DNA of 43,071 nt from Helicobacteraceae bacterium (GTDB lineage: Bacteria; Campylobacterota; Campylobacteria; Campylobacterales; Sulfurimonadaceae): contig JALSUN010000042.1 in assembly GCA_027061425.1 (NCBI GenBank), positions 1 through 43,071 of the forward strand, written 5' to 3'. Positions 1 to 7,896 of this stretch are shown piece after piece; position 1 is the first letter of the stretch, and each line of letters starts with the position of its first letter. The notes under the pieces are model-generated. The model searched no databases. It saw only the letters and a program-made list of their open reading frames with translations, and was not told where the DNA came from. The translations under genes were made by a program, and so were the position numbers.

Positions 1-1
1 A

Positions 2-442
2 CCCGACCCAAAAGTCAACAATTCTAGCTTGCTTGGTATAGACTCTAACAACAATGATGTAAGAGATGATGTTGAGATCTGGATTTATAAGACCTATAAA
101 GACAAACATCCTATTTATATTGATATCGCTATGCAAGATGCACGAGCGAATAAGCTTATATTAGAGCATCCAGAAAAGGCTTTGGAAATACATGATGAAG
201 TCGATAAGGCTACAGATTGTCAAGCTTATTACAAGTATAGTGCCAAATACTATAATGAACCTATTTTAATCCAAGAAAATGCAGTTGATGAGTATTTTAG
301 AAGTAAAATATATTTTAATACTAAAGAGCGTATGAATGCTTACCTACAATATGATACTTTATTAAGTGGTGGTGTTTATACACTGCTTAAAGACAAGGAA
401 AGAAAAGCAGCGTGTGATTTTGATACAAGTAAGTATGAGTAA
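2..442 (+). CDS. Conserved hypothetical protein with PDP...LLGIDSNNNxVRDDVE motif (5'-truncated by the window edge); possible partner/immunity protein of the downstream hydrolase
   Basis: The frame is open from position 2 (PDPKVNNSSLLGIDSNNNDVRDDVEIWIY), so the TTG at 29 is not the real start. Acidic DxNxNxxRDD loop; stop at 442, 5 nt before the next ATG. Confidence 0.75.
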   Translation, partial: PDPKVNNSSLLGIDSNNNDVRDDVEIWIYKTYKDKHPIYIDIAMQDARANKLILEHPEKALEIHDEVDKATDCQAYYKYSAKYYNEPILIQENAVDEYFRSKIYFNTKERMNAYLQYDTLLSGGVYTLLKDKERKAACDFDTSKYE

Positions 443-447
443 GAGTC

Positions 448-1002
448 ATGAAAAAGATATTGATACTCCTTATTTTATTATCCAGTGTAGTTCTTTTGGC
501 TGCTGAAAATCGTAAAGTTGATGTCTATTTTGCAAATGGGATTTTAACAAAACAACGAATAGCAAAAGATAATGCATATCTTCTTGAAGGTGCAATAAAA
601 AATAAACTAGTATCAACCTACAACAAACAAATAGGCAAAGTAGCTTACTCCTACAACAACACCCATGGTATGGGCTTCGATGTTATCGAATCCCTTGACC
701 AAAAACTCAATGTCGTTAAATGGAAAGATTGGCTTGCAGGTTTGGTGGGTTATGTCACCTCCCATGCTTCGGATTTAAAAGAGCAGATCGATGCCTATAA
801 AGCCAGTATCGACAATGGACATGGTGTCTTGGTTGTAGCACATTCTCAAGGTAACCTTTTTACAAAAGAAGCTTATGATGCTCTGGATCCATGTATGCAA
901 AAACAGTTTGAAGCTGTCAGCATTGCTTCGCCGATGCATGCTGATATAAAAGAAGCGAGACTATCTATCACAGATGACATAACACATCACGCTTCCATGT
1001 AA
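448..1002 (+). CDS. Secreted alpha/beta-hydrolase (lipase/cutinase-like), probably C-terminally truncated
   Basis: Sec signal MKKILILLILLSSVVLLA; VYFANGI strand; nucleophile elbow VLVVAHSQGN. Only ~49 aa follow the Ser, which is short for the Asp/His part of the fold. Confidence 0.65.
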   Translation: MKKILILLILLSSVVLLAAENRKVDVYFANGILTKQRIAKDNAYLLEGAIKNKLVSTYNKQIGKVAYSYNNTHGMGFDVIESLDQKLNVVKWKDWLAGLVGYVTSHASDLKEQIDAYKASIDNGHGVLVVAHSQGNLFTKEAYDALDPCMQKQFEAVSIASPMHADIKEARLSITDDITHHASM

Positions 1003-1700
1003 AATTCATCGGCTCACTGATTTGACAGTATAAACGAAAATGGTCACACATATTTATAAGAGTACAGATGTTAGAAATTTTCTCTGAAAATGGATAAAGC
1101 TTATGTTGATATACTCTCTAGTGTTCTTAAAAGTTCTGGTATAGTGTGAGTGTATATGTAGTAATGCTATAGAGGTCTCTCTAAGTAAGCTCAAAAATTT
1201 TGAAGAAGAGGGCGTATATTTTATACCTATAAGGTCTATTTTACAACCACAACAGATGTGAAGGTGGTGACTGATAAAGCTTTATTGAAAAGTGTAACCA
1301 AACAAAGCCTTCCTACTAAAATATCTCAACTGATACCACTGCTTGCAAAAGCAGCATTTAAATAGTTTACACCTAAACTTTATTATAAATTTTTGAAATT
1401 TAGAATAAAATTCTTCTTCCAACAATATAATTTCCAAATTTTTTTATTTTCCTCTATTCGCGCTGTACACGTCTAACTTGAGTGATTTCTCTCTATATTT
1501 ACATACAAATTTGAAAAGTTTTCACAGTTCGAACACACTTTAATGTTAATCTTCGCTCACTTATTACTAGCGACAACTATGAGTAATTTAGACACAAGTG
1601 TTATAAGTCTGAAAGAAAGACTGTTTTTGGACTTTATATGTTGGGTTTAGTAGCTAAAACTTATATGTTTGTACTTACCTGCTATCTCTTAAAAGGTAAG
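1003..1700. pseudogene. AT-rich ORF-free stretch, possibly decayed coding remnants
   Basis: ~700 nt without any ORF >=60 aa in an otherwise gene-dense genome; short interrupted frames such as VKVVTDKALLKSVTKQSLPTKISQLIPLLAKAAFK*. Identity not recognisable. Confidence 0.3.
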
Positions 1701-1840
1701 TGTGCTCTATGTGATGCAAAGATATTTTATAGCAATAAAAATGAGTGTAATAAGTATAAAAAATAGAGAGCTGAGACTTACACTGTTTCAAGTCATGATG
1801 CAGGGTAAAGAATTTAATCTAGAAGAGAGTGGAGCGGTAT

Positions 1841-2767
1841 ATGGAAAAGTCATACGACAAGACACTTTCAAGATTGATCATGATCTTGCACAAGCTTGAT
1901 CAAAATGAACGACCAACACAACAAGAGTTGGCTGATGAATTTAATGTCAGTCTTCGCACCATCCAGCGTGACATCAACCGTCTACACTACTTCTCTATAG
2001 AGAAAAACAGTGATGGTACCTTGCAGTTTGTCAAAGGCTTTTCACTGAAAAGAACCAGTTTTGAAGAGGATGAAATGATGTTGATGTATCTCTCACTCTC
2101 TATGGTGACCGATGTTAATTCCGAGTTCAACAAGTCTGCCAACAGTTTGATCTCTAAACTCCTGCTGCCCAATGTCTCTTCTCCCTATTTGGTCAAGCAA
2201 GATCCGTTTGAACCTATAGATATGGATTCAAAATTGATGAATGAGATAGAGAATGCGATAGAACAACAGCGTATCTCTACGCTAAAGTTAAAGAGAGATG
2301 TGGTTGAAGTTGAGCCCTATAAGGTAGTCAGTTTTGATGAGATCTGGTATCTTTTTGCTAAAGAGGTAAAGAGTCAAAAGGTGAAGACCTATTTCATCAG
2401 TGATATCAAGGCTATTGAGACTTCACAGAGAGTCTACAAACTAGAACACAATATTGATGAAACATTAGAAAACATACATGCTGCGTGTTTTGAAGATGGC
2501 GTGGCATACGATGTGACCATAAAGGTGCTTGAACCCATAGCCCATTACTTTAAACGTAAAAAGCATCTGGCCTCTCAAGAGATTTTAGAAGAGAGAGAAG
2601 ATGGTTCTTTGATCATTCGCTTTGTGGTGAGTCATGATGAAGAGGTTGATAATATCATTAAATCCTGGTTGCCTCATATAGAAGTCTTGACGCCTGAACG
2701 CTTTCGCAAGCAGATTCTTGAAGAGCTTGAGGAGTATGTCACACTGTTGAAGTCGTCGGTTGAGTAA
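1841..2767 (+). CDS. WYL-domain transcriptional regulator (winged HTH + WYL + WCX; YafY/PafBC/DriD-like)
   Basis: HTH TQQELADEFNVSLRTIQRDI; WYL core VEPYKVVSFDEIWYLFA; WCX-like C-terminus IIKSWLPHIEVLTPERFRKQI. ATG at 1841 follows GGAG (1831-1834), preferred over GTG 1829. Confidence 0.93.
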   Translation: MEKSYDKTLSRLIMILHKLDQNERPTQQELADEFNVSLRTIQRDINRLHYFSIEKNSDGTLQFVKGFSLKRTSFEEDEMMLMYLSLSMVTDVNSEFNKSANSLISKLLLPNVSSPYLVKQDPFEPIDMDSKLMNEIENAIEQQRISTLKLKRDVVEVEPYKVVSFDEIWYLFAKEVKSQKVKTYFISDIKAIETSQRVYKLEHNIDETLENIHAACFEDGVAYDVTIKVLEPIAHYFKRKKHLASQEILEEREDGSLIIRFVVSHDEEVDNIIKSWLPHIEVLTPERFRKQILEELEEYVTLLKSSVE

Positions 2768-2846
2768 AATGGTTAATGTGTATGTAAAAAGTTGATATCT
2801 TAAAGTTACTTTAGGAATTGATTTCAGTTTAATAAGTTATATTACG

Positions 2847-2868
2847 CCGCGACACCACGCTGTCGTGG
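2847..2868. promoter_or_regulatory. Inverted repeat CCGCGACA-N6-TGTCGTGG, candidate WYL-regulator binding site
   Basis: Arms 2847-2854 and 2861-2868 match 7/8 with a perfect CGACA/TGTCG core; GC-rich patch in an AT-rich spacer directly downstream of the WYL gene. Confidence 0.8.
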
Positions 2869-2882
2869 AGAGTATATATAAT
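2861..2882 (+). promoter_or_regulatory. Sigma70 promoter TGTCGT-N10-TATAAT (PafBC-like -26/-10 architecture) upstream of the envelope cluster
   Basis: TGTCGT 2861-2866, 10-nt spacer GGAGAGTATA, TATAAT 2877-2882; SD AAGGAGG just before ATG 2909. Confidence 0.75.
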
Positions 2883-2908
2883 GACATCAGAAAGATTAAG
2901 GAGGAAAG

Positions 2909-3451
2909 ATGAAAGTGCTACTGTTTATGTTGGTCTTGTTGAGTTCAGTATGGGCTGACAAAGTAGTGACCAAAACAGCATTTATAAATGCATCCGATGC
3001 AAAAGGTAAGAGTTTAGTGCAGGTGCGTGAGACACTTTTGATAAGAGCAAAACGTGCAGCGGCTTCAGAGATCTTTGGTGATTATATTAACTCGTCAACG
3101 GTTATAGAGAGTGGTAAGCTTATCTCAGATGAGATCAACTCTATTGTTAACGGGGTTATTCATATTAAGGGTGATCCTCAGTATAGCAATGGAAAGAACT
3201 TTGGTGATATGCAAGTACGTGCAACAATGTATGCAACAGATCGTGAGATGGTTCAGGCCAAAAAACGTTTAGAAAAGATTGTTGCACAACAAAGAGCCGC
3301 AAAGCGTCAAGCGCATAAAGCGGCCCCTGTTGTAACACCAAAGGCTAAAAAACGTGTGAACTGTAGTGACAATCTGCCTAGTGACCCTGTCAAAAGACAG
3401 CAAGCCGTGGCAGAGTGTGAGATGAATAAATTCGATGCAGATTTCGAATAA
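2909..3451 (+). CDS. Secreted protein with LPP20/FlgT-N-like domain
   Basis: Signal peptide ending SSVWA; helix LLIRAKRAAASEIFGDYINSSTVIESGKLISDEINSIVNGVI resembles the FlgT-N/LPP20 pattern; C-terminal Cys pair; strong SD. Confidence 0.6.
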   Translation: MKVLLFMLVLLSSVWADKVVTKTAFINASDAKGKSLVQVRETLLIRAKRAAASEIFGDYINSSTVIESGKLISDEINSIVNGVIHIKGDPQYSNGKNFGDMQVRATMYATDREMVQAKKRLEKIVAQQRAAKRQAHKAAPVVTPKAKKRVNCSDNLPSDPVKRQQAVAECEMNKFDADFE

Positions 3452-3476
3452 TTTAAACCAAAAAAAAAGGAAAAAC

Positions 3477-4067
3477 ATGACAATGATTAAAAAAGGGATG
3501 CTTATTTCACTAAGCGCAATGGTAGTACTAGGAGTTACAGGATGTGGTGGAGACACTCCAAAACCAGCAGAAGAAGAGGGCGATTTTAGATGTCACAAAG
3601 AGGGCGTTTTAGCTCCTGAATGGGCATGTACACCTGACGTAGCAGGCGCATTTGCAGATGTAGGTTCAGCACCACTTTCAGCAGCAGGTGAAGGTTTCTC
3701 TCGTCGTGAAGCATTAGCAAACGCACGCTCTAACTTGGCACAACAAGTAGAGTCTAAAGTCAAAGACAAAGTAGAGACTTTTGTTAGAGGTACAGGTATT
3801 GGTAGTGGCGAGAGTGTTGACAAGGTAACCACTCAGGTCTCTAAGCAGGTTGCACAAGTGACACTTAAAGGCTCTAAGCAGGTTAAATACTGGCAAAATC
3901 CTAAAACTAACACGATCTATGTAGAAGTTGCAGTTCCTGAGTCTTCTATCAACGAAGAGGCAAAAGCAGCAGTGAAGACAAGCCTCAAAAATGATGATGC
4001 TATGTGGCAGCAGTTCCAGTCTAAAAATGCTCTTGAGTCATTAGACAAAGAGTTCCCAACTGACTAA
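3477..4067 (+). CDS. LPP20-family lipoprotein
   Basis: Lipobox VTGC; APEW...VGSA...RREALANARSNLAQQV...IYVEVAV pattern as in Helicobacter Lpp20. SD AAGGA 3467-3471 supports ATG 3477. Confidence 0.85.
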   Translation: MTMIKKGMLISLSAMVVLGVTGCGGDTPKPAEEEGDFRCHKEGVLAPEWACTPDVAGAFADVGSAPLSAAGEGFSRREALANARSNLAQQVESKVKDKVETFVRGTGIGSGESVDKVTTQVSKQVAQVTLKGSKQVKYWQNPKTNTIYVEVAVPESSINEEAKAAVKTSLKNDDAMWQQFQSKNALESLDKEFPTD

Positions 4068-4471
4068 TGGTAACTAAGAGCTTATTAGCACTTTTAGTGT
4101 CATTGATGTTCTTAGCCTGTAGTGCTACAGAGCCGAGTGTTGCAGCAGGTGAAAAACCCTCTTGGATCTTTGATCCAAATCAGGGTGGTGTTGTGGGTGC
4201 TGTAGGACAGTGTGGTGTGCACTATAAAGGTAAAGCGATGCAACGCAGACTTGCTACAAGTCGTGCTATAGAAGAGCTTGCTATGCAAGGTGACATCACC
4301 GTTGACTCTGAGATGTCTGTTTCAACAGAAGTCTCGGGCCAACATGTGAAAAACAGAAGTAAAAGTAAAACATTTGTGAGTGCAAAAGGGGTGCCTGTGC
4401 ACGCTTATATCGAAGAGATGTATTTTGACAAAAAGAGTGAAACACTCTATGTATGGATGATTAGAGACTAG
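4067..4471 (+). CDS. LPP20-like lipoprotein
   Basis: Lipobox FLAC; KPSWIFDP...GAVG...QRRLATSRAIEELAMQ...ETLYVWM; TAATG coupling to the upstream gene. Confidence 0.78.
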   Translation: MVTKSLLALLVSLMFLACSATEPSVAAGEKPSWIFDPNQGGVVGAVGQCGVHYKGKAMQRRLATSRAIEELAMQGDITVDSEMSVSTEVSGQHVKNRSKSKTFVSAKGVPVHAYIEEMYFDKKSETLYVWMIRD

Positions 4472-4500
4472 CTTAGGCTAGGCTCTATTATGATCTGTTT

Positions 4501-4529
4501 TCTGCTTTTAGCAAAGCGCTAAAAGTAGA
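4501..4529 (+). other. Intra-cluster stem-loop (mRNA stabiliser, processing site or attenuator candidate)
   Basis: TCTGCTTTTAGC-aaagc-GCTAAAAGTAGA, 12-bp stem with one G-U pair and no U-tract, enclosed by AGAGACT (4463-4469)/AGTCTCT (4543-4549). Confidence 0.6.
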
Positions 4530-4571
4530 TAAGAGATAATAAAGTCTCTGAAAATGAAAGAGGTATTAAAA

Positions 4572-5771
4572 ATGAAAAAGAAGATAGTCATAGCGGCATT
4601 TTTAGGTTTGAGTCTGTCCAACCTTCATGCCGGTGCATTTGAAGATTATGCCAAGCAGCAAAACAGTGGTATAGAAAAAGAGAAAGCATCTTTTGAAGCG
4701 CATAAAGCCTCTGAGTTGGCCGCATATAAAAAGTATCAAGAAGACATTAACAAGGCTTATAGTGACTATAAAAAAGAGGTCTCTAAGTATTGGCAAGACC
4801 CAAAAATGTCTACGAAAAAAGAGTGGGTCAGTTATGCAAAAGATAAAAAAACGAGAACTGCAGTAGATTTTGAGGCAGAGACGATCACCATAGAGACTTT
4901 GGCTAAAAGTCCTAAAGATGCGGCATCAAAACTACAAGTCTCTTTGGCTAAAGTCGTCACTGAGACAGTCGGTCAGGCTGAAAAGTCTGATGCTCTCATT
5001 CAAAAAATTGCCAAGATTGATGCTAAGAGCGACGCTGTAAAACCTAAAAAAGAGAACAACGACCCTTTACTCTCTTCTACCATATTTGCGAAAGTACCCT
5101 CTCTAGCGTCTATAAAGAAATATGTTAATGAGAAGATCAATAAAAAAACAGTAAAAAAGAAAAGTTCTAAAGTTAAAAACATAAAGGTCTACAGTGTTAC
5201 GGTAAAGTTACCAAAAAACAGTATGCAAAAACGCTCAAAAGTCTATTTACCTGAAGTGAAGAAAAATGCAGAACGTTGGGAACTTCCTATGGCGCTTATC
5301 TTTGCCATCATGCATACTGAAAGTAACTTCAACCCTATGGCCAAGTCCCATGTCCCTGCTTATGGTCTCATGCAACTGGTACCTTGGAGTGGGGCTCAAG
5401 ACAGTTATAACTTTGTCTATAAAGTGAAGAAAAAACCTTCTGCTACATACCTATACAATGCAGAAAACAACATGGAACTGGGCTCTGCCTATCTTCACCT
5501 GCAGTACTACAAGTATATGAAGAAGATTAAAAATCCTACAAGTCGTCTCTACTGTACGATTGCTGCCTATAATACTGGGGCTGGTAATGTGGCTTATGCT
5601 TGGTTAGGTAACTATAACATCTACAAGGCTGCTGCAAAGATCAATGAGATGAGCTCTGATGAGGTCTATCACCATCTTATCGCAAACCTAAAGTATGATG
5701 AGGCCCGTAACTACTTGAAAAAAGTGAACAAAAAGATGGACCAATATCACAAACTCTATGGAGATATCTAA
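4572..5771 (+). CDS. mltC: MltC-like lytic murein transglycosylase (DUF3393-type N-domain + SLT/GH23)
   Basis: Catalytic motifs HTESNFNP, AYGLMQL, NMELGSAYL, AAYNTGAGNV; WVSY...RTAVDFE N-domain; Sec signal without lipobox. Start 4572 (GAGG upstream); 4554 is an alternative. Confidence 0.88.
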   Translation: MKKKIVIAAFLGLSLSNLHAGAFEDYAKQQNSGIEKEKASFEAHKASELAAYKKYQEDINKAYSDYKKEVSKYWQDPKMSTKKEWVSYAKDKKTRTAVDFEAETITIETLAKSPKDAASKLQVSLAKVVTETVGQAEKSDALIQKIAKIDAKSDAVKPKKENNDPLLSSTIFAKVPSLASIKKYVNEKINKKTVKKKSSKVKNIKVYSVTVKLPKNSMQKRSKVYLPEVKKNAERWELPMALIFAIMHTESNFNPMAKSHVPAYGLMQLVPWSGAQDSYNFVYKVKKKPSATYLYNAENNMELGSAYLHLQYYKYMKKIKNPTSRLYCTIAAYNTGAGNVAYAWLGNYNIYKAAAKINEMSSDEVYHHLIANLKYDEARNYLKKVNKKMDQYHKLYGDI

Positions 5772-5772
5772 G

Positions 5773-6708
5773 ATGAAACTGCACCAAGTATTATTTTTAA
5801 CAGTGGGATTAAGTGCCTCTCTATTTGCCAGAGATGCGATAGATGTCAGTGGTCCTTGTATGATCAACTGGACGCAAGGACTCATCGGTTGTGAAGGTGA
5901 GTCTGCAAGAGGACAAGAGAGTTTTGCAGCTAAGCGTGTTGCTGTTGTTGTTGCACAGCGCAACCTTCTTGAGGTGATCAAAGGGGTACGTATAGACTCC
6001 CAGACCACGATCCAAGATGGACTTGTAGGCAGTGATGTTATTAAAAGTCGTGTTAACGGTGTGATACGTGGGGCGCAAGTCTTAAATAACACCTATGATG
6101 AATCAAAAGGTTCAGCGAAGGCACGTGTACAGTTACGTATGGGTCAAGATCTTCTCAAAGCACTCTTGAGTGATCCGACGAAGTTGAGTTGGAATGAGAA
6201 AATTGATGCATTATGGAACAGTTTCTCCATTATTCCTTCTGCTATGGCCAGCAGTTACGCTTATGGAGAGAAGAAGACTTTAGAAAAACTGTTAGCCGAT
6301 ATGAAAGTCTCAAAGAACCGTGCGGGTGCTGCGCAGATAGAGAGCATACTTCAAGGTATGGATACCAAGTTTACAGGAATGTTGATAGATGTCAGTCATG
6401 TTAATGGCTTTGAAAAAGCGTTAATCGTACGTTTGGTTGATAAAAATGGTAAAGAGTTATACCCCTCAGGTAAACTCAGTAAACGTATGTTACAAAAACG
6501 TAATACTTCTGTAGGCTATGTCTTTGGTCACGGAGATGCCCTTCGAAACATCAGAGTTTTTAACAAGCCGTTAGAACTTGAAGTGTCTAAAGTGTACCGT
6601 CGCAAACATTCAAATATCGTGTTAAATGATGATCAGGTCGCAGCATTTAAAAAACTTGACCCTGAAATTTTTAAAAATGCGAAAATTGTACTTCTGTTAG
6701 GAAAATAG
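5773..6708 (+). CDS. Secreted LPP20-domain protein with conserved C-terminal domain
   Basis: Signal peptide; INWTQGLI...AKRVAVVVAQRNLLEVIKGVRIDSQTT...VNGVIRGAQV; C-domain FTGMLIDV...RLVDKNGKELY. Confidence 0.75.
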   Translation: MKLHQVLFLTVGLSASLFARDAIDVSGPCMINWTQGLIGCEGESARGQESFAAKRVAVVVAQRNLLEVIKGVRIDSQTTIQDGLVGSDVIKSRVNGVIRGAQVLNNTYDESKGSAKARVQLRMGQDLLKALLSDPTKLSWNEKIDALWNSFSIIPSAMASSYAYGEKKTLEKLLADMKVSKNRAGAAQIESILQGMDTKFTGMLIDVSHVNGFEKALIVRLVDKNGKELYPSGKLSKRMLQKRNTSVGYVFGHGDALRNIRVFNKPLELEVSKVYRRKHSNIVLNDDQVAAFKKLDPEIFKNAKIVLLLGK

Positions 6709-7896
6709 ATGCGTTTAATATTTTTACTTTTACTGCTCACCCGTTTATATGCAGATGCCTTCACTCCCTATTTAGAAAGTTCTGATAAAGCTGAAGTCTA
6801 TGCTCAAGAACTTTTAGATGCAGAAAAAAGTGAAGAAGCACTCGCATTTATAGAACAGGCGAGAGAGAAATACAGTAATAATGCCAAAATTATGGTGTTT
6901 GGTGGCGACGCTGCTGTAGGTATGGATGATCTTGATCTGGCCAAGCAGTATTATCAAGCAGCTATTAATCTTAGTAGTGAAGAGGAACTAGAGGCTATCA
7001 TTCAAGATCATATAGAAGGTGGCTACATTAAAGAAGCGTCTATTTTGTTGGATGATGCAAAAGGGGTATACCCTAAAAATGCGGTACTTTTAGTCTTTAG
7101 TGGTCGTACAGCTTATGAGATGGGTGATCTGACAAGCGCAAGAAACAACTATTTACTCGCACTAGAACTTGACCCAAACAACGAGATAGCTGCAGCAAAC
7201 ATCAATCAAATAGAGTCACAGGCGGAAGCGACTGAGAATAAAGTTGTCACGGGTGTCTTGCAGTATCTTGGTGATAAAGGTCTTGACTTTTTGATGATAT
7301 TTCTTGCCTTTTTAGGCGGAGAGTTGCTCGCGAAAAAGCAGGTGGTTTGTGAATCTAGAAACATTGTTAACACAGTGAACCGATACTTAAATAAAAAATA
7401 TGGCAAGACGTACACATCACAATATAAAGGATACGATAGACCATTTTGTCTGTTTGTTACTTTGTTGAATTTTATGACGGTGGCAGGTGCGATCATGGTA
7501 GTTTGGCTCTTTTTGACTATGACTACGGAGCTCTTCTCTTCTCTTTTATATATTGACTTGACGGTGATGACTGAAGATGATCTTTTGTCTTTTAGTGGAA
7601 TTTCATTTTTACTTATTTTACTTGCTGTGCTGTTCTCAAGTTTCTTAATGAGTTTTTTAAAAGGGTTTAGAGATGTGGATGAGCAGTTTTTCAATGCTGT
7701 TGAACTTTTACAAAACAGTGCACTTGAGGGACAGTTTACAGTGCTAAGAGAAGCCTGCTCTTTAATTACCACATCAAAATACGCTGAAGCTGAAACAGCC
7801 TGTGTGTTGGACCAATGTTACAGTGCTGAAGCGAAAGAGATTATTACTAAAGCGTTTGATGACTTGAACAAAAAAAAGGAAAAAGATGAAGCTTAG
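6709..7896 (+). CDS. TPR-repeat protein with three predicted transmembrane helices
   Basis: Signal peptide; TPR units (GDLTSARNNYLLALELDPNNEIA); hydrophobic segments FLMIFLAFLGG, FCLFVTLLNFMTVAGAIMVVWLFL, FSGISFLLILLAVLFSSFLM. Confidence 0.8.
   Translation: MRLIFLLLLLTRLYADAFTPYLESSDKAEVYAQELLDAEKSEEALAFIEQAREKYSNNAKIMVFGGDAAVGMDDLDLAKQYYQAAINLSSEEELEAIIQDHIEGGYIKEASILLDDAKGVYPKNAVLLVFSGRTAYEMGDLTSARNNYLLALELDPNNEIAAANINQIESQAEATENKVVTGVLQYLGDKGLDFLMIFLAFLGGELLAKKQVVCESRNIVNTVNRYLNKKYGKTYTSQYKGYDRPFCLFVTLLNFMTVAGAIMVVWLFLTMTTELFSSLLYIDLTVMTEDDLLSFSGISFLLILLAVLFSSFLMSFLKGFRDVDEQFFNAVELLQNSALEGQFTVLREACSLITTSKYAEAETACVLDQCYSAEAKEIITKAFDDLNKKKEKDEA

Noticed and set aside
1570-1605. CGACA half-site and GACAC-aa-GTGTT upstream of the WYL gene as an autoregulatory site
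   Set aside because: No matching TGTCG arm at the 6-nt spacing; plausible by chance.
1702-1899. 65-aa ORF overlapping the WYL start
   Set aside because: No SD or motif; it overlaps the WYL gene and its likely promoter region out of frame.
3460-3468. A9 homopolymer as a phase-variation tract
   Set aside because: Intergenic, upstream of the SD; A-runs are common in this AT-rich genome, and Campylobacterota phase variation is mostly poly-G/C.
7206-7772. Long antisense ORFs (e.g. 7206-7772, 15663-16247, 29487-29900, 32257-32685)
   Set aside because: Shadows of well-supported genes on the opposite strand, without motifs or ribosome-binding sites.
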